64,000 bases of DNA, from positions 192,001 to 256,000 of the forward strand of contig CAVPHD010000003.1 of NCBI GenBank assembly GCA_963704165.1, in the 5' to 3' direction. This DNA is from an uncultured delta proteobacterium (GTDB taxonomy: Bacteria > Myxococcota_A > UBA9160 > SZUA-336). The notes beneath the pieces were generated by a model. It had not been told where the DNA came from. It did no database searches and worked only from the letters and a program-made list of their open reading frames with translations. The position numbers were made by a program, and so were the translations under genes. Positions 6,904-16,510 of this stretch are shown in pieces; within the stretch, counting starts at the first letter, position 1; each line of letters opens with the position of its first letter.

Positions 6904-9786
6904 CTAGGTCGGTGCGCTCCCGGCGGCCTTGCCCATCCAGCGCGCGCACGTCTCCACCAACGCGACCTTGTCGATGGGTTTGCTCGCGTAGTCGTCGCAG
7001 CCGGCGTCGAGGCAGCGCCGCCGATCGTCGGCCATCGCGTGCGCGGTCAGGGCCACGATCGGCAGGGGGCTCCCTTCCGAGCGGAGCATACGCACCAACG
7101 TGTAGCCATCGATCTCGGGCATCTGCATGTCGGTCAAGAGCAGGTCGTAGGGCTCTCCGTTCGCCTCGGCTTCGTCGATCATCGCGAGCGCGATCCTTCC
7201 ATCGGCGGCGACAGCCACCCGAGCTCCCGCCCGCTCGAGGTGGAAGCAGATCAGCCGCTGATTGGCCGGGCTGTCCTCGGCCAGCAGAATCCGCCCGGAG
7301 AGACGGACGGGCATCGGCACCGCGGCGGGCCGTATCTCTTCGTGCTCGTCGTCGAGCTCAGCCACCGTCGCCGCCCCGGGACCGGGCACGAGCGGAAGCT
7401 CGACGCGGAAGCGCGATCCCTGCCCGGGGGCGGTCCACGCGAGCGTCACGTCGCCGCCCATGAGACGCGCAAACCGGCGCGTGATGGCCAGGCCCAGCCC
7501 CGTGCCGCCGTACTTCCGGGTCACCGTCGAGTCGGCCTGGGTGAAGGCGGTGAAGAGCAGATCGATCCGTCCGGGCTCGACACCCGGGCCGGTATCGTCC
7601 ACGTCGACGACGAGCGTCGTTCTGCCGTCGCGCTCCGCCGCACCGACGCGTACCTCCACGCTTCCGGTCTCGGTGAACTTGGCCGCGTTGCCCGCGAGAT
7701 TCATCAGGATCTGCCGCATGCGGGTCGGGTCGGTCATCACGCGATCGGGAATCGGCGTCGCGAGCGTGACCGCGAAGGTCACGCCCTTTTCCGTCGTGCG
7801 CGGCCGCATCAGGCGCCCGATTTCGACGAGCAGGCCGACGAGAGACGTGTCGACGCACTCGACCGACATCTTGCCCGCTTCGATCTTGGAGAGGTCGAGG
7901 ATGTCGTTGATGACGGTGAGCAGGTGCTGGCCTGCGCTGAGAATCGTATCGACGGTCTGGATCCGACGCAGCGGCGCCTGGCTCAGCTCCCCGTCTTCGC
8001 GAAGCAGGTCGGCATAGCCGAGGATCGCGGTGAGCGGGGTTCGGATCTCGTGGCTCATGTTCGCCAGGAACTCGCTCTTCGCCAGGTTCGCCGACTTCGC
8101 GGCATCGCGGGCCAGCTCGAGATCCCGCTCGTTGCGCTTGCTCTCGGTAACGTCGATGCCGACGGCGATCTGGCCGCTGACTGTCCCGTTCGCGTCCAGG
8201 ATCGGCCCGACGGTGATGTCCACCCAGTACAGCGATCCGTCCCGGGCCTTGTTGCAGACCTCGGCCCGCCAGATCTCGCCTCGGCCGACCTTGCTCCGCA
8301 TCGCCGCCCAGAAAGCTTTCGGTCGCCGCCCGGAGTCGAGAATCCGGTGATCCGCCCCGACCAGGTCCGCCCGAGCGTAGCCGCTGACGCGGCAGAAGAG
8401 ATCGCTGACTTCGGCAATCCGGCCCGACGAGTCCATCACCGCGACGATCGCGTGCCGGTCCAGCGTCGCGCGGTACGCGGCGAGCCGCGCCAGCGTCGTC
8501 CGGGCCTCGCGTTCGCTGGCGTGCAGATCGCGGGTCATCTCCGTGGCCATGGCGAGCGCGCGCGCCCGCCCCGATCCCATGCTCCAGAAGACCAGCGCGA
8601 GGAGAACGCTGACGAACGCTCCGCCAGCGCCGACGAGAACATGCACCCCGTGGCGCACGTCCGCTTCGAATCTCGGTGTCGAGCTCGCCTGCAGCGTCCA
8701 CGTCAGTCCGCTCGCCCGGATCACGGATTGCCTGCGGATCGAGGAACGCTGCGCATCCGCGCCTTCCTTCGCGCTGACGTAGACCGGTGCGTTCGCGCGC
8801 GTCGTGTCCGAGCCCGCGTACATCTCGATCTCCACCCAGCCACCGGCGGCTTCGGTCACTCCGTCCAGCGCCGCTTCGATCGACACCGGCGAATACACCC
8901 AGCCCCGGAGCCCACCCCGACGCATTTCCGCGCTGTCCGGGTCCGCTCCGTCGCCGTAGATCGGCAGGAAGCAGACCAGGCCGGGCCGCTTCCCGGCCGC
9001 CGATTCGACGCTACCGGTGATCGCACACGTGGTTTTGCCGGTCCGCATGGCGCGGTCCGCGGCATCCCGACGCCTGCTGTCGGTCGCGACATCCCATCCG
9101 GGCCCCTCCGCGTCGGAGTCCGGCGGCTCGATCAGCCGGGTGACGTACATCTCGGGCAGGTCGCCGGAAGTCGTGATGGTGAACTTCCGGTCATCCCGCG
9201 TCCGAACCGATTCGGTGTAGGTTTGCAGCGCGCTCCGAGGCACGCGCTCGACGAATCCGAAGCCCGTCAGCCCCGGAAACTCGTTCGGAAGATCCCGCGA
9301 GGCCACGTAGTTGCGGAACTGCATCGCGTTGAGCGAGGGGGTCACGACGAACGGCCCGCGAGCCCCGCGCAGACCATAGGCGTAGCTCTTGAGTCTGCGC
9401 TCGATCTCGATCCTGACCTGCGTCGCGCGGTGGTCGAAGCGCGCCCGGTTCGCGTCGTGAACCTTCTCCTGGAAGTGCCAGGAACCCAGGGTCGAACTCA
9501 CGAGCCCTGCGACCAGAACCACTCCGGTCAGGATCTTCAGCCGGAGCAACGGGGCAGCGCGATCCGCGTCGGGCTCGACTTGGGTGCGCCGGGCTCCTTC
9601 CAAGGCGCGCCACAGGATCAGCGGCCCGGCCAGGAGAGTGAGTGCGACCACGTCGAGGATCGCCGCGGTCACGCCTTCCATCTCGGGCGCAACCGCTGGG
9701 AGCAGAGACATGATGGCGAGCTCTACCGAGGCGATGATCGCAATGATCTCGACGACGGATCGATAGAGCTCATGTCTGCGCGCCAT
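6904..9786 (-). CDS. Hybrid sensor histidine kinase (TM-CHASE-PAS-HisKA-HATPase-REC)
   Basis: FLANMSHEIRTP H-box, NAAKFT, GGTGLGL, receiver LLTDMQMP..KP, and a CHASE-like periplasmic region. Confidence 0.93.
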   Translation of the reverse strand: MARRHELYRSVVEIIAIIASVELAIMSLLPAVAPEMEGVTAAILDVVALTLLAGPLILWRALEGARRTQVEPDADRAAPLLRLKILTGVVLVAGLVSSTLGSWHFQEKVHDANRARFDHRATQVRIEIERRLKSYAYGLRGARGPFVVTPSLNAMQFRNYVASRDLPNEFPGLTGFGFVERVPRSALQTYTESVRTRDDRKFTITTSGDLPEMYVTRLIEPPDSDAEGPGWDVATDSRRRDAADRAMRTGKTTCAITGSVESAAGKRPGLVCFLPIYGDGADPDSAEMRRGGLRGWVYSPVSIEAALDGVTEAAGGWVEIEMYAGSDTTRANAPVYVSAKEGADAQRSSIRRQSVIRASGLTWTLQASSTPRFEADVRHGVHVLVGAGGAFVSVLLALVFWSMGSGRARALAMATEMTRDLHASEREARTTLARLAAYRATLDRHAIVAVMDSSGRIAEVSDLFCRVSGYARADLVGADHRILDSGRRPKAFWAAMRSKVGRGEIWRAEVCNKARDGSLYWVDITVGPILDANGTVSGQIAVGIDVTESKRNERDLELARDAAKSANLAKSEFLANMSHEIRTPLTAILGYADLLREDGELSQAPLRRIQTVDTILSAGQHLLTVINDILDLSKIEAGKMSVECVDTSLVGLLVEIGRLMRPRTTEKGVTFAVTLATPIPDRVMTDPTRMRQILMNLAGNAAKFTETGSVEVRVGAAERDGRTTLVVDVDDTGPGVEPGRIDLLFTAFTQADSTVTRKYGGTGLGLAITRRFARLMGGDVTLAWTAPGQGSRFRVELPLVPGPGAATVAELDDEHEEIRPAAVPMPVRLSGRILLAEDSPANQRLICFHLERAGARVAVAADGRIALAMIDEAEANGEPYDLLLTDMQMPEIDGYTLVRMLRSEGSPLPIVALTAHAMADDRRRCLDAGCDDYASKPIDKVALVETCARWMGKAAGSAPT

Positions 9787-9873
9787 CGCTGACTCCGACT
9801 CCGCCGACGCGAGCCCCGGCGGAGACCTCCCTCGTCATCGGTCGTCGGACCGTCGGGAGTTGACCGTTCCGAG

Positions 9874-10896
9874 TCACTCGAAGAACGCTGAGACACGCTC
9901 CACCAGCCAGAACGCCGCGAGCGAACCGATCAGGTAGGCGATCGGCGTTCGGATCCGCGCGTCCTCGGGCCACGCAGAGCGCCGCGCTCCTCCCCGCCGG
10001 ACGAGAAGCGCCCGGAAGCCAAGCCCGAGGCCGAGGATCCCGGCAACGAACGCGAGCTGCCCGGCTTCGACGCCGACGTTGAAGCACAAGAGCGCGAGCG
10101 GGATGTCCTTCGACGGAAGCCCGACCTCGCGTAGGGCGCCGGCGAAGCCGAAGCCGTGCAGAAGGCCGAACGCGAACGCGACGATCCACGGTGCACGCGC
10201 CGTGAGCCCGCGCCGGCCTCTCCCGGAGTGCACGATCTCGGTCGCTACGAAGACGACGCTGAGCGCGATCGTCGCCTCGACCGGCGCCTGCGCCAGGTGC
10301 ATCCAACCCAGCGTCGCCGCCGTCAGCGTGACGCTGTGCGCGAGCGTGAATGCGGTCACGGTCGCGACCAGACGCCGGAAATTGCCGACGAGAAGGAGCA
10401 GGCCGAGGACGAAGAGCACGTGATCGACGCCGAAAAGGATGTGCTCCACGCCGAGCATCAGGTACGTCCGCGCCACCGCGCCCGTGCTCGGCGTGGCGTC
10501 GACCGTGAACGAGGGTCGGTCCGGCGTCAGTCGCGCAATCCGGCTCGTGCCGTCCGCGACCGCTACGCGCACGAGCACGTCGGTGCGCGTCGCGCCAAGC
10601 CCCTCGATCGAGACGGTCCGGCCGATGAGCCCGCCCGGACAGCGCGCGCTCCAGCGCTGCACGAACGCCCCACCGACGAACGAGCCCGATGGCGGCGTGG
10701 GGATGCACTCGGTGGGCAGGCGAACGTCGAGACGGAGGCGGAACTCGCCGCGCGCCGGGATCTTCCAGAGCACGTCGACGTCGTCGCGCCCGTGCTCGCG
10801 GAGCTCGAGGTAGCCCGGACGCACCTCGTGCGCATCGACGGCGCGCGCGGCTCCGACGATCGAGACGAACGCCAGCAGCGCGATCCGCGCGATCAC
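9874..10896 (-). CDS. HupE/UreJ family membrane protein (long form with N-terminal soluble domain)
   Basis: Signal peptide then AHE; GVEHILFGVDHVLF, FTLAHSVTL, GLLHGFGFA, FNVGVEAGQ. GTG start overlaps the upstream stop. Confidence 0.9.
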   Translation of the reverse strand: MIARIALLAFVSIVGAARAVDAHEVRPGYLELREHGRDDVDVLWKIPARGEFRLRLDVRLPTECIPTPPSGSFVGGAFVQRWSARCPGGLIGRTVSIEGLGATRTDVLVRVAVADGTSRIARLTPDRPSFTVDATPSTGAVARTYLMLGVEHILFGVDHVLFVLGLLLLVGNFRRLVATVTAFTLAHSVTLTAATLGWMHLAQAPVEATIALSVVFVATEIVHSGRGRRGLTARAPWIVAFAFGLLHGFGFAGALREVGLPSKDIPLALLCFNVGVEAGQLAFVAGILGLGLGFRALLVRRGGARRSAWPEDARIRTPIAYLIGSLAAFWLVERVSAFFE

Positions 10897-11759
10897 GGCT
10901 CGATCCGCACCTCGTACCCGGCGCGAAGCCGCGCGAGGAAGGCGCGGTTCGTCTCCGTGCGAAGCTCCGCCTCCCACGCTCGCACCACTTCCGCGCGCGC
11001 CTCGTCGAGGGTCCGCGCGGCGCCGGGATCGCGGCGCTCCACGCGGACGATGTGAAAGCCGTACGGGGATCGGAGCGGCCCCCCCCAGCTCCCGACCGGG
11101 AGCTTCGCGAGCTTTTCGGCGAACTCGTCTCCGAACGCGTTCGCGATCTCCTGCGCGTCCGCCGCGGCCATCGTCCGCGGCAGGAGCGTCGGATCCGCGA
11201 CGTCCGCAGGCGATGCCGGTGAAGCTTCGGACTCGAGCTGCGCCAGGAGTCGTTCCGCGTCGCTCTGCGCGGCCTCACCGCGTCGCTCGGCGCTGAAGTA
11301 GAGCTGCTGGAACGTCAGGCGCACGGGGTGGGCGAATCTCGCGGCGTTCATTTCGAAGTAGCGATCGAGCTCTTCGTCGCCGGGCGCGATTCCCGCGCCG
11401 AGGTCTTCCGAGACGAACTCCATCTTCTGGCGCAGGCGACGTCGAATCACCGTGTCGTCCAGGTCGAGCCCCAGGGCGAGCGCTTCGCGGTAGTAGATCT
11501 CCTCGTTCACGAAGTCGTCGATCAGTGCCGAGAGCTCCTCGTCCGTAGGAGGACGGAGCCAGGTGCGCGCGAATCCCTCGGCCAACGTGTCGATCCGCGC
11601 GCGCGTGACCACGATCTCGCCCGGCGCACCCGAGCCGTCGCGGCTCACCGCGGAGTACACCGTGAACAGCACGGTCCCGATCACCAGGAAGTGCAGCAGT
11701 GGCTCACGCGCAAAGCGAGCGAATCGACCCGATCGCGCGGGTGGCGCGCCCTCGCTCAC
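10893..11759 (-). CDS. PpiC/parvulin-type peptidyl-prolyl isomerase (rotamase) with N-terminal membrane anchor
   Basis: REPLLHFLVIG, EEIYYREALALGLD..DTVIRRRLRQKMEF, WGGPLRSPYGFHIV; GTGA overlap with the DUF3604 stop. Confidence 0.88.
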   Translation of the reverse strand: MSEGAPPARSGRFARFAREPLLHFLVIGTVLFTVYSAVSRDGSGAPGEIVVTRARIDTLAEGFARTWLRPPTDEELSALIDDFVNEEIYYREALALGLDLDDTVIRRRLRQKMEFVSEDLGAGIAPGDEELDRYFEMNAARFAHPVRLTFQQLYFSAERRGEAAQSDAERLLAQLESEASPASPADVADPTLLPRTMAAADAQEIANAFGDEFAEKLAKLPVGSWGGPLRSPYGFHIVRVERRDPGAARTLDEARAEVVRAWEAELRTETNRAFLARLRAGYEVRIEP

Positions 11760-13666
11760 TTCCCCGGCGTGTACCAGATCGGCGACGTGTAGGCGCGATC
11801 CTGCAGCGTCTTCGGGATGTCCTCGGGCAGCTGGGTGCCGTAGTACGCCGCGTCGTACGCGGTCCAGCGTGGCGTCGGGATCTGAAGCACGCGCGCGTAG
11901 TAGAACGCGCTCTCCTTCGCGTCGAAATCCGGATCCTTCCACACGGCGACGAGCTCGGGATCGCCGATGGTGTTGGTCCAGGTGGCCCTCGCGACATCCA
12001 CGCTGCTGCCGACGGGAGAGACGCGTCCGTCCGCTCCGAGCGTGCGGCGAGCGGCGTCGCCCCAGACGACGTCGTAGACCTGCTCGTGTGTCTCGCCCTT
12101 CGCGTCGAGCCAGCCCTTCACGATCTGGATGCGATCGAGATTCGCGCCGAGCGGGTCCTTCAGCGCGGCGACGAGGAACGTCGGCGCCGCACCCGCCTTC
12201 GCACCCTTCAGGTCGCCGCCCATCGGCACGCCCTTCGCGTAGCCCACGTCGGCGGGCAGGCGGCTGCGGACATCGTCGGGCTGGAAGTCCCAACCGCCGA
12301 AGAAGCGCACCACCATGCGCGGCCCCGTCGTCGCGTAGGTTTCACGGCGCTGCATCGCGTCGAAGAGCGACTCGCGCGTGTTCTCCATCGCCCAGACACC
12401 AGCGTAGCCCGAGGCACTCGTCATCCAGGTCATGATCTTGCGTCCGGTCGTCGGATTCTGAACGAAAGGATGAGTCGTACGCGCCGCGCTCGGCTCGGAG
12501 TTGGACGCCTTGCCGAAGAAGTTGTCCTCGTCCGCCGTCGCGAGACCCGTGTGCGAGTCGGTCGACCCGATCAGGCCGATCTTGTACGGGTTGGTGCCGA
12601 GCTCTTTTTCGAACCGGAGGCCGTTTCGCAGCGCCGCGCGCGCGTACTCGAACTCGAGCATTGCCGGCTCCTTCGCCTCGCTGAGGTCGAGGTTGCCGAG
12701 GTCCCAGGTCTCGAAGTCGGCGAACTCGTCGTTGGGCGAGAGAGTGGGATGGGTCTCTCCATCGCCCTTGATCTGAGTCACCTCGTACAGGCGCTCCCAC
12801 TTCGCGCGCGTGGTCGCGTACTCGCGGTCGATCTTCGTTCCGGTGAACGACTCGATGATCGGAAACATGCGACCGTTCGAGAGATTTCCGTTGTGCGCGA
12901 TCGCGAGCACCCGCCCCCCGGTCTTCTCCTCGTAGGCCTCGAGCCACTTCCACAGCTCGCGGGGATCGTCGCTGCCGAGCGGCTTCATGGTCGTGTACGG
13001 CACGATCTGGCCTGCCTTCGCGCCGTCGTCGCGGAAGATCACGTTGCGGTGCAGGTTGTTCCCGCTGGTGTTCGAGGTCCACTCGTAGCCGATGAAGGCC
13101 GTGAACTGACCCGGGTCGTTGGCTTCTTCCGCGGCCTTGATCGTCTCGTCCCAGGCATCGCGGAAGGCAGGGGTTCCGGGCACCGGGAGGATGGCTCGCG
13201 AGATCGTGCCCTTGCCGAAGTTGATGATGATGTCGACGGCCGCCTCCGCGCCCTTCCCGCCGGTGACCATGTCGTGCCACTTCTTGCCCTGCGGGTCGGC
13301 CATCATCGTCGGACCGCCGGCGAGAATCTGGGGGAAGAAACCCATTCCGTCGGAGTGGTCGGCCACGACCAGGAAGTCGAGCGGCCGGGAGAGCTTCACG
13401 AGCTGGCCGGTCGACGACTTGATCTCGTTGCCCTTGGCGAAGACGTAGGCGTCGCGCGGCGACAGACGCGCGCCGAACGCGCCCGCGTCCATCGAGAACG
13501 ACGTGTGCAGATGCGTGTCTCCGAAGTAGACGCGCGTCGGGAAGTCGCGAGACGCGTACGGGGAGTACGGGGGCTTCATGTCGTCGGCCCCGGCCGTCGT
13601 CGCCAGAAGGCTGCCGATCACGACTCCGAAGAGTCCCCTGCGGATCCGATTCGTGTGGGTCGTCAT
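11756..13666 (-). CDS. DUF3604 family secreted protein (PHP-like metal motifs)
   Basis: Signal peptide; YFGDTHLHTSFSMDA, DFLVVADHS, NLHRNVIFR, HNGNLSNG, GSTDSH, C-terminal RAYTSPIWYTP. Confidence 0.88.
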   Translation of the reverse strand: MTTHTNRIRRGLFGVVIGSLLATTAGADDMKPPYSPYASRDFPTRVYFGDTHLHTSFSMDAGAFGARLSPRDAYVFAKGNEIKSSTGQLVKLSRPLDFLVVADHSDGMGFFPQILAGGPTMMADPQGKKWHDMVTGGKGAEAAVDIIINFGKGTISRAILPVPGTPAFRDAWDETIKAAEEANDPGQFTAFIGYEWTSNTSGNNLHRNVIFRDDGAKAGQIVPYTTMKPLGSDDPRELWKWLEAYEEKTGGRVLAIAHNGNLSNGRMFPIIESFTGTKIDREYATTRAKWERLYEVTQIKGDGETHPTLSPNDEFADFETWDLGNLDLSEAKEPAMLEFEYARAALRNGLRFEKELGTNPYKIGLIGSTDSHTGLATADEDNFFGKASNSEPSAARTTHPFVQNPTTGRKIMTWMTSASGYAGVWAMENTRESLFDAMQRRETYATTGPRMVVRFFGGWDFQPDDVRSRLPADVGYAKGVPMGGDLKGAKAGAAPTFLVAALKDPLGANLDRIQIVKGWLDAKGETHEQVYDVVWGDAARRTLGADGRVSPVGSSVDVARATWTNTIGDPELVAVWKDPDFDAKESAFYYARVLQIPTPRWTAYDAAYYGTQLPEDIPKTLQDRAYTSPIWYTPGK

Positions 13667-13862
13667 GGAGCCCATGGTACCCGAGTCTCGCGGGGATTCA
13701 CGTCTGGGCCGTCGCGACGATCGAAGCGACGAGCCCGAAGTGTGGCTCGACTGCAGGTCGAAACACATCGACGGATCAGCGGCGCCACCAGAACGGACTT
13801 CGTGTACACGGACGCCACGCGGCCTTCCCGCTTCCGTGTCGAACGGCATGACCGGAAGCTAC

Positions 13863-14204
13863 CTAGTTCGGTGTCACCGCGGTCCCGCGCGCCTCCGTGC
13901 AGGTGTTGCTCCACAGGATCCAGTACTGCGAGTACGAGTCGGAGGTGACGCTCACCAGCGCCGTTGCCCCGGGCGCCTGCTTCAATGCGTCCTGAATCGC
14001 GTTGTCGGTGCGGTTCCCGCCCGAGATCGGAAGGATCATGAGGAGGGAGACCTGGCAGTCGGAGCCGCGCACGTTCTCCTTCACGACGGTGTAGCCGCCC
14101 GGCGCGAGCGGGATCGTCGACGGCGCGATTCCACCCGGCGTGTGGGTGCACCCAACCGAGGCGAGCGTGAACAGGACGACGAGTCCAACCGAGGCCATTC
14201 GCAT
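13863..14204 (-). CDS. Small lipoprotein (TRL/Bor-like)
   Basis: Lipobox SVGC after a hydrophobic stretch; two further Cys; C-terminal CTEARGTAV; GGAGGG RBS. Confidence 0.7.
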   Translation of the reverse strand: MRMASVGLVVLFTLASVGCTHTPGGIAPSTIPLAPGGYTVVKENVRGSDCQVSLLMILPISGGNRTDNAIQDALKQAPGATALVSVTSDSYSQYWILWSNTCTEARGTAVTPN

Positions 14205-14231
14205 CTCGACCCTCCATGTTTCGACCGAGTG

Positions 14232-14444
14232 TCAAACGTACGGAATACCCGGACGTCGCGCATCGATGGAGGGAGCGCCGACGATTCGAAGCCGTGCAGG
14301 CCGAGCCGTCCGCCCGGCATCGTAGGAGACCTCGACTTCGATCTGTCCCGGACGCGGAACCGGGGCGTCGATCTCGCCGAGCGCGAGCGGGAACCGGTCG
14401 ATCGGGTCCGGCCGCGAGAGGATCCACGCGCGCATCGCTCGCAA
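14232..14444 (-). pseudogene. Possible remnant of a Zn-dependent alcohol dehydrogenase gene
   Basis: MRAWILSRPDPIDRFPLALGEIDAPVPRPGQIEVEVS resembles an MDR/ADH N-terminus, but similarity stops before the Zn-binding Cys. Confidence 0.4.
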
Positions 14445-14462
14445 GTCTTACACTCGCGCGCG

Positions 14463-15173
14463 TTGAACGTATTTCTCTTCGACGCGAACGACGAGACCGT
14501 CCCGGGACGCGTGCGCGCGGCCGACCGGCGCCACCGCCACGTGCGCGAGATCCTGCGCGCGAACGTCGGCGACTCGATCGCGGTCGGCCGGATCGACGGA
14601 AAGCTCGGTCGGGGGAGGATCGTCGCGATCGACGACGCCGCCCTCGAGCTCGAGGTGACGCTCGATCGCGAGCCGCCGGCGCCGCTTCCCGTCACGCTCG
14701 CGCTCGCGCTGCCGCGCCCACCCAGCCTTCGCAAGGTGCTGCAGCAGGCGACGGCGCTCGGCGTGAAGCGCTTCGTGCTCTTCGCGAGCGCGCGCGTCGA
14801 GAAGAGCTACTGGCAGAGCACCGGCCTCGCGCATTCGGCGATTCGCGAGCAACTCCTGCTCGGTCTGGAGCAGGCGGTCGACACGGTCGTTCCCGAGATC
14901 GAGTTCGCCCGCCGCTTCCGGCCGTTCGTCGAGGACGAGCTGCCGCGTCTCGCGAACGGCGCGCCGATTCTCGTCGCGCACCCGGGTCCGGCCGCGACGC
15001 CTGCGCCCTTCGCGAAGGGATTCGCCGTGCTCGTCGTCGGTCCCGAAGGCGGGTTTCAGGACCACGAGCTCGAGAGGCTCGATTCCGTCGGGGCAACGCG
15101 GGTCGTCCTGGGTCCACGCGTGCTTCGTGTCGAGACCGCCGTCGTCGTTCTGCTCGCGCGCCTCGCTGGTTGA
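14463..15173 (+). CDS. rsmE: 16S rRNA m3U1498 methyltransferase
   Basis: LALPRP, VEKSYW, GLEQAVDT, VGPEGGF, LGPRVLRVETA; TTG start. Confidence 0.92.
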   Translation: MNVFLFDANDETVPGRVRAADRRHRHVREILRANVGDSIAVGRIDGKLGRGRIVAIDDAALELEVTLDREPPAPLPVTLALALPRPPSLRKVLQQATALGVKRFVLFASARVEKSYWQSTGLAHSAIREQLLLGLEQAVDTVVPEIEFARRFRPFVEDELPRLANGAPILVAHPGPAATPAPFAKGFAVLVVGPEGGFQDHELERLDSVGATRVVLGPRVLRVETAVVVLLARLAG

Positions 15174-15198
15174 CACCCCAGAGGGTCATTCGGATACT
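15170..15198 (+). promoter_or_regulatory. Sigma70 promoter of glyQS (probably leaderless)
   Basis: TTGACA (15170-15175), 17 bp spacer, GATACT (15193-15198), then 7 nt to GTG 15206. Confidence 0.65.
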
Positions 15199-15205
15199 CG
15201 CCGCC

Positions 15206-16510
15206 GTGGACGTCATGGAAAAGCTCGTCGCGCTGTGCCTGAACCGAGGATTCATCTACCCGTCGAGCGAGATCTACGGCGGTATCGCGGGATTCTGGGA
15301 TTACGGGCCGCTCGGCACCGAGATGCGCAACAACGTCAAGGCGGCGTGGTGGCAGCGCATGGTGCGCGAACGAGACGACGTGGTGGGCCTCGATTCGTCC
15401 ATCATCGCCAACCCGAAGACCTGGGTGGCGTCGGGGCACGTCGCGAACTTCAACGATCCGATGATCGATTGCCGTCGCTGCAAACGGCGCTTCCGGGAAG
15501 GACAGATCGACGACGACGATCGCTGCACCGCGGCGGAAGACGGGAAGCACGACCTGACCGAGCCGCGGCAGTTCAACCTGATGCTGAAGACGCGCGTCGG
15601 CGCCGCGGACGACTCGGCCGGCGACGCGTATCTCCGAGCCGAGACGTGTCAGTCGATCTTCCTCGACTTCAAACGAGTCATGCAATCCGCGCGCATGAAA
15701 CCCGCTTTCGGCATCGCCCAGATCGGAAAGGCGTTCCGGAACGAGATCACTCCGCGCAACTTCATCTTCCGGTCGCGCGAGTTCGAGCAGATGGAACTCG
15801 AGTTCTTCACTCCCCCTGCGGAGGCGATGGACTGGTTCGAGCGCTTTCGCGAGATCCGCATGCGCTGGCATCACGACGTCGGGATCGCGCCCGCGAAGCT
15901 GCGCTGGCACGCGCACGCCGCCGACGAGCTCGCACACTACGCGAAGGCCGCCTACGACGTGGTCTTCGAGTTCCCCTTCGGCTGGCAGGAACTCGAAGGC
16001 GTGCACAACCGCGGCGATTTCGATCTGCGCCAGCACAGCGAGCACTCGGGCAAGGATCAGTCCTACACCGACCCCGAGACGAAAGAGCGGTACTTCCCGT
16101 ACGTCGTGGAGACGTCGGTCGGCGTGGATCGCTGCCTGCTCGCGCTGCTCTGCAGCGCGTACCACGAGGACGAAGTGGGCGGAGAGAAGCGCGTCGTGCT
16201 GCGTCTCACCCCGCAGATCGCCCCGATCAAGGTGGCGATCCTGCCATTGTCGAAGAAGCTCGCCGAGCCGGCCGAGAAGATCGCCGCCGATCTGCGCCGG
16301 CGTTTCGCCGTCGATTTCGACGTTCCCGGCAGCATCGGCAAGCGCTATCGACGCCAGGACGAGGTCGGGACACCATTCTGCGTCACGTACGACTTCGACT
16401 CCGAGCAGGACCAGAAGGCGACCGTCCGCGAACGCGACACGACGAAGCAGGAGCGGATCGCCCTCGGAGAGCTGCCGTCGTACCTCTCGGAGCGAATCCT
16501 CGGCTTCTAG
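15206..16510 (+). CDS. glyQS: Glycine--tRNA ligase, homodimeric (alpha2) type
   Basis: [60 protein letters not shown]. Alternative start ATG 15215. Confidence 0.95.
   Translation: MDVMEKLVALCLNRGFIYPSSEIYGGIAGFWDYGPLGTEMRNNVKAAWWQRMVRERDDVVGLDSSIIANPKTWVASGHVANFNDPMIDCRRCKRRFREGQIDDDDRCTAAEDGKHDLTEPRQFNLMLKTRVGAADDSAGDAYLRAETCQSIFLDFKRVMQSARMKPAFGIAQIGKAFRNEITPRNFIFRSREFEQMELEFFTPPAEAMDWFERFREIRMRWHHDVGIAPAKLRWHAHAADELAHYAKAAYDVVFEFPFGWQELEGVHNRGDFDLRQHSEHSGKDQSYTDPETKERYFPYVVETSVGVDRCLLALLCSAYHEDEVGGEKRVVLRLTPQIAPIKVAILPLSKKLAEPAEKIAADLRRRFAVDFDVPGSIGKRYRRQDEVGTPFCVTYDFDSEQDQKATVRERDTTKQERIALGELPSYLSERILGF

Noticed and set aside
7039..9792. Long alternative-frame and antisense ORFs (e.g. 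7039..9792, 2026..3834, 11699..13948, 28980..31760, 42037..44562, 46891..49437)
   Set aside because: Arg/Ala/Gly-rich shadows of real genes, expected in high-GC DNA; no motifs.
13680..13860. Weak hairpins in the DUF3604-lipoprotein intergenic region
   Set aside because: The stems are short and built from TCGA/CGCG words that are abundant throughout the window; no recognisable RNA family.
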